Shown in pieces: positions 21,486 to 32,238 of a stretch of DNA of 64,000 nucleotides (positions within the stretch are counted from its first letter, which is position 1; every line of letters begins with the position of its first letter). Source of the stretch: Monocercomonoides exilis PA203 (lineage: Eukaryota; Protista; Preaxostyla); the NCBI GenBank assembly GCA_001643675.2, contig LSRY02000006.1, forward strand, positions 1,426,001 to 1,490,000, written 5' to 3'. Position numbers and translations under genes: made by a program. The notes beneath the pieces are model-generated. The model did no database searches and had not been told where the DNA came from. It worked only from the letters and a program-made list of their open reading frames with translations.

Positions 21486-24400
21486 ATGTCAGAAGAAATA
21501 ATCGAAGGGAAAGCACACGGCCCTGCTTCAAATGGAATAGAAGAACAACATTCATTGACTTTGAAAGGAGAAAGAAAAGGAGATATTGAAGATAATATAA
21601 AATTGGTAGATTCTTCTTCAAGAAGCGCAATTAGAATTATGACGCGTTCGGACAGTAGTTCAATATCAAAGTCTGAATATAGCTTGAGACATAGATCTGC
21701 TCTGTCTCAATTTGAAAATGGGGAAAACTATCCTTGTCATATTTCTGGATGCGACAGATCATTTACAACGAGGCAGAATCTAATGAGGCATCTTAGAATG
21801 AAACATAATATTAAACCTAATGTGGAATCTATACGAAAGCGTTCAGTTTTAAGAAAAGCATCTCAAAATGTTGTGAAACATTCCAAAACAAACTTTTTGT
21901 CTCATTCAAGGAGACGAATAATAAATGAAAAACAAATTGAGCATGATAACGAAATGAAAAAAGTTAAAATATCCAGAACCCGACAACGTAAAAAGGTGTT
22001 TGATGCACAATCGTCCGAGGTATCAAATGATAGTAAGACTGATCATTCTCAAACAAGAATGTATTTCACACGAACTTTACATCATCCATCCAGAAGTCTT
22101 GAATCTTATCTGTCAAGGAGATTAGAAGGCATTATTAACAAACATAAAGATACCCGAGAGCATAGCGAGACACGTCGCCTTTTTAGTTTAGCTTATCGAA
22201 AAGAAGAAAAAAAAGATCGAAAAGATCTATATAGCAAAGTGTATTTTGAAAAAAAACGGCAAGATTCTTCACCGAGAAATAGTGGCAAAAAACCGTCTCC
22301 AAATAATAGATTGCGCACTAGAATTCGCTCCAATGCAATTTCATCTAGAAGAAAACACGATACAGAAAAAGACAACGAAAAAGCAACACACTATGAAATC
22401 AATAATGAGAAAGATAGTTTAAAGCATTTTCGAATAAGAGGTTCAAAGCGTGTCGGGAGTGATAGTTCTCAAATAGGAGATGAAGATTCAAAGAATGAAA
22501 AGGATGAAGTCATTGTCAAAGCCAAAAATGATGAATTAACACTAAAGCCAATTGAATCAAGTGGAGATCTTAGGAATAGGAAGCTTAGGAATATGGATGA
22601 TCGTAATGTTATTGCTCGCTATCAACGAGCGCTTCGAGCTTATTCAGCATCTACAGCAAATCCACTTTCAAAAATTTTGGATGAAAATCGTGGAAAGAAC
22701 GACTCCAACAGTACAAATGAAGATTCGTCTTCTGAAGAGGACTTCGAAAAAAATGGTGAGGATCCGACTCAAAAAGGCGAAAAAACAAGAAAAACGAATC
22801 TTCCTCAAATAGAGCAAATATTTAAGAGAGATATTGGACTTGAACAACACTATAGGATGAGCGACAAGTTTCTGGCAGGAATTTTAAAAAGGAAAAAAGA
22901 AGAAGCAAAGGAATCTATTCGAGCGAAAGAATCCGAACATCATAAATATCACACAAGAGGAAGCTTTAACGACAATGATGAAAGAAAAAATGTTGCACGA
23001 ACTTCAGGAACACCGGAACGTGGAAAGAAAATATCTCGAAGAGATAGAAGAAAAGATAAAGAAAAACAAAGAGAAACAAAAAAAGCTAAATATTCATCAT
23101 CAGATGAAAGCAACGAAGAGGAGACTTCAGATTCAAGCAATAGTTCAGAAAGAGAACAGATCCATAAAAGACTTTCTTCCACAAATGTATTTCGACGAGC
23201 AACAAGACAAAAGCCTTCTTCTCCAAAATCACGTGAACGAAAAGGATTTTCATTTAGAGGGGATCTTCAATCAGATGCGGACACAGCAAACAGCACCGAA
23301 CTTGGCAAATTATCGTCCATTCACTCCCCAGTTCATTTTCATCATTATGGAACAAGACAGTCAACGCAGCTGGAAAAGCATACAAAGCGCAGACGTTTTT
23401 GGAGAGGCTCCACTTCTTCAGATTCGAGCACGGATGATCAAAGTTTTTCTTCGCCTTATAAACGACGTCATTATAATTTTCGAAAAGCTCACAAATCAGA
23501 ATCTTCAGACACCCAGAGCACATCTTCATCAGATTCGCACTCAAATACGGACAGTAGCAGCGATACTGATTCTGACGATGTTGATAGTGGAGGTGATACA
23601 GACGTTGCACGGGGATTTCCAAATCTTGTTCCAGTTTCGTTTCAACCTTTGTTTTACCTGCAATCCACAGGAAAATCAGGAGTTCCACCAAATATCATCA
23701 AAATGCAACATCCGTTAAGAGCTATTAAAAACACATATAGAATTACCCATCCTTATCCAACGTATACAAATCCAAATAATGTCAATACGCGAGAAAATCC
23801 TCGCCATTTTCCTGTTTCTGTTCGACTTCCCCAGCCATTGATTTCACAAATTGATACTGTTTCTTCTTCAATTTCACCTTTTCAAACGCAAAAAAATCAA
23901 CCTTCACTTTCCGCATCTTTTAATTCATCTGCAGTAACATCTTTGGCTCCAATTTCTTTGCTTCCTCATGTTTTTTCAATGACAAACACTGTAAAAAATA
24001 TTGCATTGTCACAGTCTAAAAATTCATCTTTACCTCAACCTGATGGTGCTTACGAAACCGTATCAGGGCAAATTAGTCAAGAAGAAAGCACAGCAATTCC
24101 ATCCACAACAAAAGCTTTATCATTTCCTTTTCAATCGAACCCATTAGCTTCATTTCAAAGTCTTAATCCGGTGAGATTAAAATTACTTAGAAAATCTGAG
24201 AGAGCACTTGGTATTTCTCGTTCGGAAAGTATCTTAAAGTACTTAAACAATTGTGATCCAAATCAAAATCAAATGCCGAATGATCAGAAATCGGCTTCTG
24301 CCTCCAATAATTATGAGCATGCTAAAATCACTGAAGGGGTTTTGAAGCATTCTGATTCAAAGGAAAATGAGCATTTGCTTGAAAATGAACAATGCACCAT

Positions 24401-26513
24401 TTTGAGTGGAAAGAATGTTTTTGTCAGAGATGGGAAAACAATTGGAAAAGACGCCACATCCATAAATCCAAAAGAAACACAAAGAATTTTTGTTGGCGTT
24501 CCTGCTGGAATTCCAGTTGAAGTTCCTTTTCAACAAGCACAACCAGTTGGAGTTGTGATGAGTAGTCCAACTTCAATGCAGCAGTTGCCGAAGCAGCCTG
24601 AACAGTTGATTCAGCATCATCAGCATGAAGAACCACAAATTCAATCAAATTTGACAGAACCAAAGAACGATTCGCTTTCGCCACAAAAAATGAAAGATTC
24701 GCAGATTGCATCTCTTCAAGAATTAGACAGAAGAGAACAAAGTAGTTCAACAAGCAGTTCAGAAAACTGCTGCATTCGAAAAAGCAAAAGAAATCGTGCC
24801 ACGTTTCATAGGTCATGTCTAAGTACACTCAAGCAAGCTCTTTCTGCACTCTCAACAAATGCTGCTGCACTTACAGAGGTTTTTGATACTGCAATTCGGA
24901 TGCAACATCCAATGACAGATACCATGAACGAATCAATTGTTAATCATCAAATTCAATCAGAAGGAAGTGTTCTGCATTCTTCCATGGAAGATCAGTCAAC
25001 GTCTCCGTTTTCATCTTTATCTTTTTCATCATTGCCATTACTTCCAGAACAGCACATGCAAACTTCGCCTCTTTCTTGTCAAATTCAAAAAATGGATTCT
25101 TCATTTGGAATGGTTAAAAATGATTCAGTGCAAAGCTCAAACGATTCCTTTATTGTTAATGAAACAACACAAAATAGTTTAAATAGTGGCTTGGTATTGC
25201 CTACGCACATTTTTCAATCAACGTTGCAATTATTGGCACAGCCTCTCCTTTCTGCAACTGCATCAATCAATCAATTTCAGAGACAGCTGATGGGCAACAA
25301 GCAACAAAGAAATGCTATGCCTCGTTTACAAAGGTATAAGAAAAGCAAGGATATGAATGAGATTGTTGATGAAAATACTCAGCATGGTTTGATCTCTTCA
25401 GACGGAAAGATCCAGCAAAACGAAAAAATGAGGAATGAGATTCCCAAGAAAATGGAAGAAAATGTTGTTCAAGAATGTTCAAATGTTAGTTATTTGACTG
25501 TATCCAAGGATTTAGAACCAAAGTGTTTTGATGAATCAGCATTTCAACAGGAGGGCAATTCAACTCCATCGGTCTCTTTGTTGTTATCTCCTCAAGAACA
25601 CTCTGCATCTGCACTATCAACAGCACCTATTCAATTGCCATCGTCTGACAGCATGAACGAAAATTCAGATTCACAAATCTCAAACGAAAAAAATCAAAAA
25701 CAGGATTCAAATACTATAAGCACCTTAATTGTGAAATCGGACGGAAAAAAAATCGATATTTCTTCTGAAAGCCTTGTTGAGCATTCAGACAACAAATTAC
25801 CAGCACAGCCTCAAAACAAGCAAGCAACCTCGCAATCTCCAAAAGATTCAAATCGTTCGAGTTCTAATTCTTCTTTGATAGTTACAATACATCGCAGTAT
25901 GTTGGCATTTTCAAAGCATCGGCGTGGGCAGCTGTCACAACCATTTAGTTCTACGACTCCTCAAAGTGATGCCTCTTCGGAAAATGGAGATATGAAAGGA
26001 AAAGAGAAGAATAAAGAAAATGATAAGCAACCATCTGTGGAAGTCAATTCTGCTTTATCTCTTCAATCCACCAGTGGATCGGCTGTCCACTCTCCTGCTC
26101 ATTCTCTTTCTTCATCTGTGTCGTCTTCTCCTTCCCCAGCTCACGCGCATGTCAAGAAGCCTATTTCTGTTCAATCTACTCATTCAACTCATTCACTATC
26201 TGATGCATCCACGTTTTCAACAACCAGTTCAACTGAAAAGCGTACTTCTTCCAATTCTGATAATTCTGATAATTCATCCACTAATTTGTCATCTTCCTCA
26301 TTTATGCGCACATCTTCAGCAAATTCAACAAATTCTCATTTATCAACACAAAACAATTTGATTTATCCTGGGAAGGCTGACTTATGTGCAACATCCTTAT
26401 CATCTCCATCTTCATCAATAGAAGTTAGTTTGCTGACAGATGCATCACCTCCTTCGAGAAATCGAACCAGTTCTCGAAGCCATTCTCGTTCTCAAACAAG
26501 CTCTATCAAATGA
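21486..26513 (+). CDS. Large intronless low-complexity protein with a single N-terminal C2H2 zinc finger
   Basis: YPCHISGCDRSFTTRQNLMRHLRMKH; the rest is S/K/R/Q-rich and likely disordered. First ATG at 21486. Confidence 0.85.
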   Translation: MSEEIIEGKAHGPASNGIEEQHSLTLKGERKGDIEDNIKLVDSSSRSAIRIMTRSDSSSISKSEYSLRHRSALSQFENGENYPCHISGCDRSFTTRQNLMRHLRMKHNIKPNVESIRKRSVLRKASQNVVKHSKTNFLSHSRRRIINEKQIEHDNEMKKVKISRTRQRKKVFDAQSSEVSNDSKTDHSQTRMYFTRTLHHPSRSLESYLSRRLEGIINKHKDTREHSETRRLFSLAYRKEEKKDRKDLYSKVYFEKKRQDSSPRNSGKKPSPNNRLRTRIRSNAISSRRKHDTEKDNEKATHYEINNEKDSLKHFRIRGSKRVGSDSSQIGDEDSKNEKDEVIVKAKNDELTLKPIESSGDLRNRKLRNMDDRNVIARYQRALRAYSASTANPLSKILDENRGKNDSNSTNEDSSSEEDFEKNGEDPTQKGEKTRKTNLPQIEQIFKRDIGLEQHYRMSDKFLAGILKRKKEEAKESIRAKESEHHKYHTRGSFNDNDERKNVARTSGTPERGKKISRRDRRKDKEKQRETKKAKYSSSDESNEEETSDSSNSSEREQIHKRLSSTNVFRRATRQKPSSPKSRERKGFSFRGDLQSDADTANSTELGKLSSIHSPVHFHHYGTRQSTQLEKHTKRRRFWRGSTSSDSSTDDQSFSSPYKRRHYNFRKAHKSESSDTQSTSSSDSHSNTDSSSDTDSDDVDSGGDTDVARGFPNLVPVSFQPLFYLQSTGKSGVPPNIIKMQHPLRAIKNTYRITHPYPTYTNPNNVNTRENPRHFPVSVRLPQPLISQIDTVSSSISPFQTQKNQPSLSASFNSSAVTSLAPISLLPHVFSMTNTVKNIALSQSKNSSLPQPDGAYETVSGQISQEESTAIPSTTKALSFPFQSNPLASFQSLNPVRLKLLRKSERALGISRSESILKYLNNCDPNQNQMPNDQKSASASNNYEHAKITEGVLKHSDSKENEHLLENEQCTILSGKNVFVRDGKTIGKDATSINPKETQRIFVGVPAGIPVEVPFQQAQPVGVVMSSPTSMQQLPKQPEQLIQHHQHEEPQIQSNLTEPKNDSLSPQKMKDSQIASLQELDRREQSSSTSSSENCCIRKSKRNRATFHRSCLSTLKQALSALSTNAAALTEVFDTAIRMQHPMTDTMNESIVNHQIQSEGSVLHSSMEDQSTSPFSSLSFSSLPLLPEQHMQTSPLSCQIQKMDSSFGMVKNDSVQSSNDSFIVNETTQNSLNSGLVLPTHIFQSTLQLLAQPLLSATASINQFQRQLMGNKQQRNAMPRLQRYKKSKDMNEIVDENTQHGLISSDGKIQQNEKMRNEIPKKMEENVVQECSNVSYLTVSKDLEPKCFDESAFQQEGNSTPSVSLLLSPQEHSASALSTAPIQLPSSDSMNENSDSQISNEKNQKQDSNTISTLIVKSDGKKIDISSESLVEHSDNKLPAQPQNKQATSQSPKDSNRSSSNSSLIVTIHRSMLAFSKHRRGQLSQPFSSTTPQSDASSENGDMKGKEKNKENDKQPSVEVNSALSLQSTSGSAVHSPAHSLSSSVSSSPSPAHAHVKKPISVQSTHSTHSLSDASTFSTTSSTEKRTSSNSDNSDNSSTNLSSSSFMRTSSANSTNSHLSTQNNLIYPGKADLCATSLSSPSSSIEVSLLTDASPPSRNRTSSRSHSRSQTSSIK

Positions 26514-27090
26514 TCAACTTCATTGCCTTTTAGTATAGAGGCATCACAACATTTCACTTCTCATCTAGAAAAATCGGAACTGACTTTTAGAAACTTTCGT
26601 TTTCGATCCTTTGAGCATCAAAGATTTCTTTATAATTATTGAATGAGTATTGGTTCAAATGAGGCAGATTTCTTCGGCTAAAGATAATAAGCTTTTTGTT
26701 CTATGTATTGATTTTCAACAAAAATATCAAAATTGTTACGTATTCATCGAACTTGAACTTTACAACTTCAAGCACCTTCGAACATTTCTGATATATCTGC
26801 AAATTTTTTGTAAAGATCCTCTTCATTGGGTTATATTGTGCTTTCAGCGAATGAAAAAATAGTTAATTTTTGAATATATCGTTTGGATTATTATTACTTG
26901 CCTCGAGCTGCTTTCGAAATTTTTAAATTTTTTTTAAATATGTAAACTGAGGATCTGGTTCATGATTTATTTCTGGTAAGGCAACTTTTGGTTGATGTTT
27001 TACATTCGGATTGTAGGGTGTGATGATTATTCAATTATTTGGATTAAGGTGATTAAGGCGTAATTTCAACAATTATAAATTTTAAATGTT

Positions 27091-27430
27091 ATTGGTGAAA
27101 GTATCGTTTTTTATTGTTGAATATTATGTTATATTGATGAATGGTTAATAATATTGTTGAATGCGCATTAATGCTATTGAAAGAGAAATAAAATTGTTAT
27201 GTGCACATTTTTATTGTTGGATAATTTTAATCTTCTGGAATGAAATATTACATCGTGGGATGCAAATTTTTTCTGCTGAATGCAAATTATTCTGTTTGAC
27301 GCAACGTTTCATGATGAATGAGAATTAAATTATTGATACAAATAAGTATTGTGGAATGCAAATATTCATAATGGAATTCAAACTTATACTGTGGAATACA
27401 AATTTTCGCTGTGGAAGGATAATTTTGAAC
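27091..27430. repeat. Degenerate 20-bp tandem array (about 17 units)
   Basis: Units in register, e.g. gtggaatgcaaatattcata / atggaattcaaacttatact / gtggaatacaaattttcgct / gtggaaggataattttgaac, and atattgatgaatggttaata / atattgttgaatgcgcatta. Confidence 0.75.
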
Positions 27431-27977
27431 GTTAAATTATTTTCGGTACCTTCAATCCTTTAAACAACTATATGACTCGGAAATTATCATTTCAGTTAAA
27501 GCAAGATCTCGAGTTATAAAATATTTCGATTTTTTAAATATTTTATACATTATTATTTTCATTAAACTACTTTATATATTTTGTAAATACTCATTTAGTT
27601 TGTCTTTGTTTTTCTTTTCTTCCTTTTTCTTTCTTCCTTTTCTTTTTCTTTTTTTTTCATCATACCATTTTGTATTATCACTTCTTATTTTGATTTTTTA
27701 TATATTTTCTTCAAATATATTGTAATTCCAAAAATTATTATTTTTTAATTTTTAACATGTAATGAATTACATATGGGAAACAATATTTTGCTTTAAGAAT
27801 TTTGTTCCATTCTGTATTTTTTAATATTTCTCTCAAATTCAAATTTTTTCTTTAATTTTTTGCATTGAAACTGTTGATTTAAAATGTTTTGATTGAAAAA
27901 AAGGTTTGGAACAAATCTCAAGTTTTTTCATAAATGAAGAATTTTGCCCCATATTCTTATAGAAATAAAATAATTAT

Positions 27978-27978
<1 letters not shown>

Positions 27979-28025
<47 letters not shown>
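27979..28025. repeat. Poly(T)47 homopolymer
   Basis: Read directly from sequence; abuts the large inverted repeat. Confidence 0.95.
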
Positions 28026-28027
<2 letters not shown>

Positions 28028-28033
28028 GCCGAT

Positions 28034-29026
28034 GCTTTCAAGCTTTTAATGCACAAAGCATGAAATAATTGTTTCACTCATTTCTTTATTTCGCTTTCTC
28101 AGATTTCAAAATAAATTGGATTATCAAATTCGTATTCAAACGAAAATGTTATAATAACATTATGTTTTGAGACCTCAAACGTATTAAAAAAAATAAATCC
28201 ATTTTTATTGTGTATTTTGGACTCAAAAAGTCAAGAAAAAGTGCATAATTTTTCTATGAAAATGCCTGAAGCTAAATATTTTGCCCCATTTATTTATTTA
28301 TTTATTTATTTTTAAATTAAAGGAAACAAATATTTTCATTTTCCATACATAAAAATTTTTTGTCAATTTTGATTCTTTTTTTAACAACAGTTTTATTAAT
28401 TTTTTTTCATTTCGATTTTGCTTCGTTTTTTGTCAATGCGGAAATAATGAAAGCAAATTTTATATTGAGGTTTATTTGATTAATGTGAAAAAAATTGAGA
28501 AAATGACTAATCTTCATTGATATTATTCTTTTGTTCGAGTTTTGATCAAATTTTTTATCTCAAAGGAATACGGAAAAAAATGAAATTCAACGGAAAAAAC
28601 ATTCATACTTGTGCGTTTCAAAGGAAAAAAAATTTTTTTTCTGAATTTCATTGAGATTAAGCAATTGATCAATACTCGAACAAAAAAAGAATTTCAAAAA
28701 GGATCAGCTGAAAAATTATTTCCTTGGAAAAATGATAATTTTTGCATTTTTAGAAAAAATTATAGAAAAATGGAGCAAAACATTTGACTTCAGGCATTTT
28801 CAAAGAAAAATTATGCATCTCAGATGAACTTTTTGTGATCAAAAAATATTAGATAAAATGGTTTATTTTTTAAAATACATGTGAGGTCACAATTCATTTT
28901 GTTATTTCATCAATGATGTTTGTTTTCAGTTGTGAAAATCTAATTTAATTTTGAAATTTGTTGAAGGTTAATAATGTTAAAAGTGAATCAATTTTTCCAC
29001 ACTTAGTGCAAAAAAAGCTTGAAAGT
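28034..29026. repeat. About 1-kb imperfect nested inverted repeat (foldback/MITE-like)
   Basis: 28241-28290 matches the reverse complement of 28769-28818 at 44/50. Outer arms run to 28034 and 29026; inner arms are 28527-28580 and 28633-28690. Confidence 0.88.
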
Positions 29027-29042
29027 CTATATTTTCCCCAAT

Positions 29043-29284
29043 TTGTCATAATTATTATGAAATGTTCTAAATGTTTTAATTTCTGGTGAAAATGAAAATT
29101 GAATATTTTAATCAAATTTCATTCTCACTCTTCTTTTTCACCAGAATGGAAACAAGTGCTTCACGATGTTTTCATTTCAAAGCTAGTGAAATTTTGTGAA
29201 TTGGAATGAAATTTGATGAAAATATTCTTTTTTTATTTCAAATGGAAATAAAACAAAAGGAACTTTTCACATTAATTTGGACAA
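29043..29284. repeat. About 240-bp imperfect palindrome
   Basis: 29101-29124 matches the reverse complement of 29204-29227 at 23/24; pairing extends outward to ttgtc...gacaa. Confidence 0.85.
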
Positions 29285-29986
29285 CTATTTTTCTTTTCCA
29301 ATTTATTAGAAAACTATCTTGTCAGAAATATTTTGTGCAAAAATAAGTGATTTTCAACAAAAAAATATTTATTGGGGTATTTTTATTCGAAAAGATGCAA
29401 ATGTTCAGTTCTATAAATTATATAAATTTTTATTTCATGATCAAATTTCTGTTCCCACTCACGAATCCACACATGAATAAATGAAACAGCATTACTAATA
29501 AATAGATTTCATGTTGGTGAAATTTGCGGTGTATGAATAAAAATTTGAACAAAAATGAAAAAAAATTTTTTTAACTTTGAAATTAATCATTCGCGATTTT
29601 CCATGAAGAATAACACATTTGGATGAAATAAATCTTCAAAAAGAATGAAAATTAATTAAAAGCGCAGTTGAAATTATCAGAAATCATTTAAATATTTTTC
29701 TTTCCTTTTCTTTTATCCTTTTCTTTCCTTTTCTTTTTTTCTTTTTCTCTTCTTTTCTCTTTTTCTTTCTTTCTTTTTTGTTTTTTTTTTTTTCATACTG
29801 AAATATTCAAAAGAAAAAATAAATCAATTTGAAAAAAATAATTATCTTCTTGATTCTATATTTCACTCTCTCATTATTTGAATCCTTCCCCAATCAATTT
29901 TGAATTTTAACATATATTGAATAAATCATTTCTCAATTTTTTGACCACCATTATTTAAATTAATTTAACTATCTTCATTTTTTTCT

Positions 29987-32075
29987 ATGCTATCTTACAC
30001 AGAAACAGTTCAATATGATGATTACGTTCTTCTTCGGAGTAATATGGACAAGGATTTATTCACTATTATAAAGAATGGAGGGTATTTACTATTATATGCA
30101 ATTTTAATGAACTCGTTAATTATTGGAAACACTTTTTAATATAGATCTGTGTATATCTCTAAGAGGACTATAAAACATTCAAAATTTGTTGGCAAGCTTT
30201 ACGGGGCAACATATTCGATTGATGATAAGGGAAATTTGGAAAAAATTGAGAAAGATCAAAAAATTGATATTCAAGGAATAGCAAATTCTTATAAAGGTAT
30301 CACTTTGATTTGAACATAAAATTTAAGGATATAAGTGTGAATTCAAAATTTTTTTCGATTATTTTTTTTCATTTTTAGAATTTCTTTCAACTTCTGGATT
30401 TGAAAATGATCATGATTCTGAAGGGACAGTTTCCACACCGATTGATAAACAACCAGAAAAAAAAGAATCACTTGCATCATTTATCCCGCCTGTTGGTGTT
30501 CGAGATAATAGAAATCTTGTTGACACAAGCACGGCACAAAAGCTAGACGAAAAAGCAATCGCAAAAATGAAACAGAAAGGAGCTCATGCCTCAATCATTG
30601 TAGGGGCCCTAATCACAGAATCAAAGACTTTTGAAGGAAAAACTGAATTTTCTCAAGAAAAATACATCAAAAAAAAGTTAAACAAGTTTGAACACTAAAA
30701 AAATCACTTATTTTTGGTTTATAAGAAATTTGCATTATCTGTTTTGAAACACTTCAAAAGGCATCTTCATCTTGTTACAATTCTTCGTCCAACTATTTCT
30801 TTAATGTCTACTTCATTTTTTGAACATAAACCAGAGAAAATTGGATACATATCACCAGCCTGCTTGTCATTAATGCTTTCTTTGGGAAATGTGGGAATTG
30901 ATCTATTTTGCAAAGGAAGTTATTTACAGGCTGACGAATCAATTGTTATTAAAGATAAAGACTCAACAAAGACTCGCTCCTTATTTACGGAAGAACCAAA
31001 TTTCATTACAGAGGATTATCAAAGAGATTCTGAACTTATGGAATTGAAAGATGGAGGGAAAGTATGCGTTGTGGATGAATGCGGAGGGCTGTTACTTGCT
31101 GCGGTTGTACAGCGTATGAGGGGCTGGCTGAGCCAAGCGTCTTTGAAGGCAGACAAGAAAAAGAAAAAGGGAATGAGTGAAAGCGAAGATGAAAATGACA
31201 CAGAGATGCTCTTGCGATCAAAGGGCGTTGTTGTTCATGCACATCGCAACAAATCTTCTAACGAAGGCGACAGATCCACACACATCGTGTGCAGCAAAGA
31301 AGAAATGTCAATTGTTGTTCCCATTCCATTTTACATGTTTGATTTGGCGCTTTCTCAGGATCCTCAACCTTGCTCATGCTCACATCATTCTCAAACACTT
31401 CTTTATGCACCTCTTCTTATTCACTCGAAAAGGGTTAAAAATTCCGATAAAGAAAATCAAACAAGCGACATTCCAACTTCATTACAAACAAAAGCTGACA
31501 TTCAATCAGATACATCTCTTCTCCAATCTTCTTCATTTCAACCTTCTTCATCCATTTCGACCTCATCGCTGACTGGAGATGTAACCGTTCTGTTGCTCCT
31601 GAAAAATTCTCTTCAATTTTTTGATTCCTTACTGATAGCAACGTCAAATAATCCTTTTCCAATCTTTTCTTTGCTATTTCCTTTCTTAGCATTTTCTGGA
31701 TCATTCGCAATATACTCTCCATTTCTTGACCCATTATCGGAAATTGCAGCGTATCTGGGAAGAACAAAGCATGCAGTTCAAGTAGAATTAAATTCTTCTT
31801 TTGTCCGTAAATGGGATATTGACGAAAAGAAATCTCACCCAATGATGGAAGGGGAAATAAGAATGGGGTATGTGCTAAGTGGAGTAAAAGTTTTGGGCGG
31901 AATTAGTGAGCAAATAGAAGGTATCAAAAACGCAAAGACAATTGAGCTTGGACCTCAAATTGATGAACAAATCGAGATTCCAACAAAAAGAAAGCATTCT
32001 GAAATAGAAGAATCAACACCCTCAACAGATTGCACTGAAATAAAAACAAAATCGAAAATAGTAAAGAAAGAATGA
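29987..32075 (+). CDS. TRM6: tRNA (adenine-58-N1)-methyltransferase non-catalytic subunit (Gcd10 family), 4 exons
   Basis: RDNRNLVDTSTAQKL...ITESKTFEGKTEFSQEKYIKKK; DECGGLLLAAVVQRM; FDSLLIA; HPMM...GYVLSG. Confidence 0.92.
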
Positions 32076-32238
32076 AAATTCTTATATTTTATAATTTTTC
32101 ATACTGATTTTAATATTGTTCTTTATTTTTTTTCCCACTTCAATTGTTACAATACGATCGTTTCCCCATATTTATTTTGTTTTTATTCATTTTTTTCTTA
32201 GAATCTGATAACTCCACGAAAGTGAATTTTTGTGGAAG

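Noticed and set aside
27091-27430. CRISPR-like reading of the 20-bp array
   Set aside because: Units are too short and degenerate, there are no identical repeats or cas genes, and the context is eukaryotic.
27979-28025. T47 (and A41 at 1288) as retroposon poly(A) tails
   Set aside because: No target-site duplication or RT remnant is visible, and long homopolymers are frequent throughout the window.
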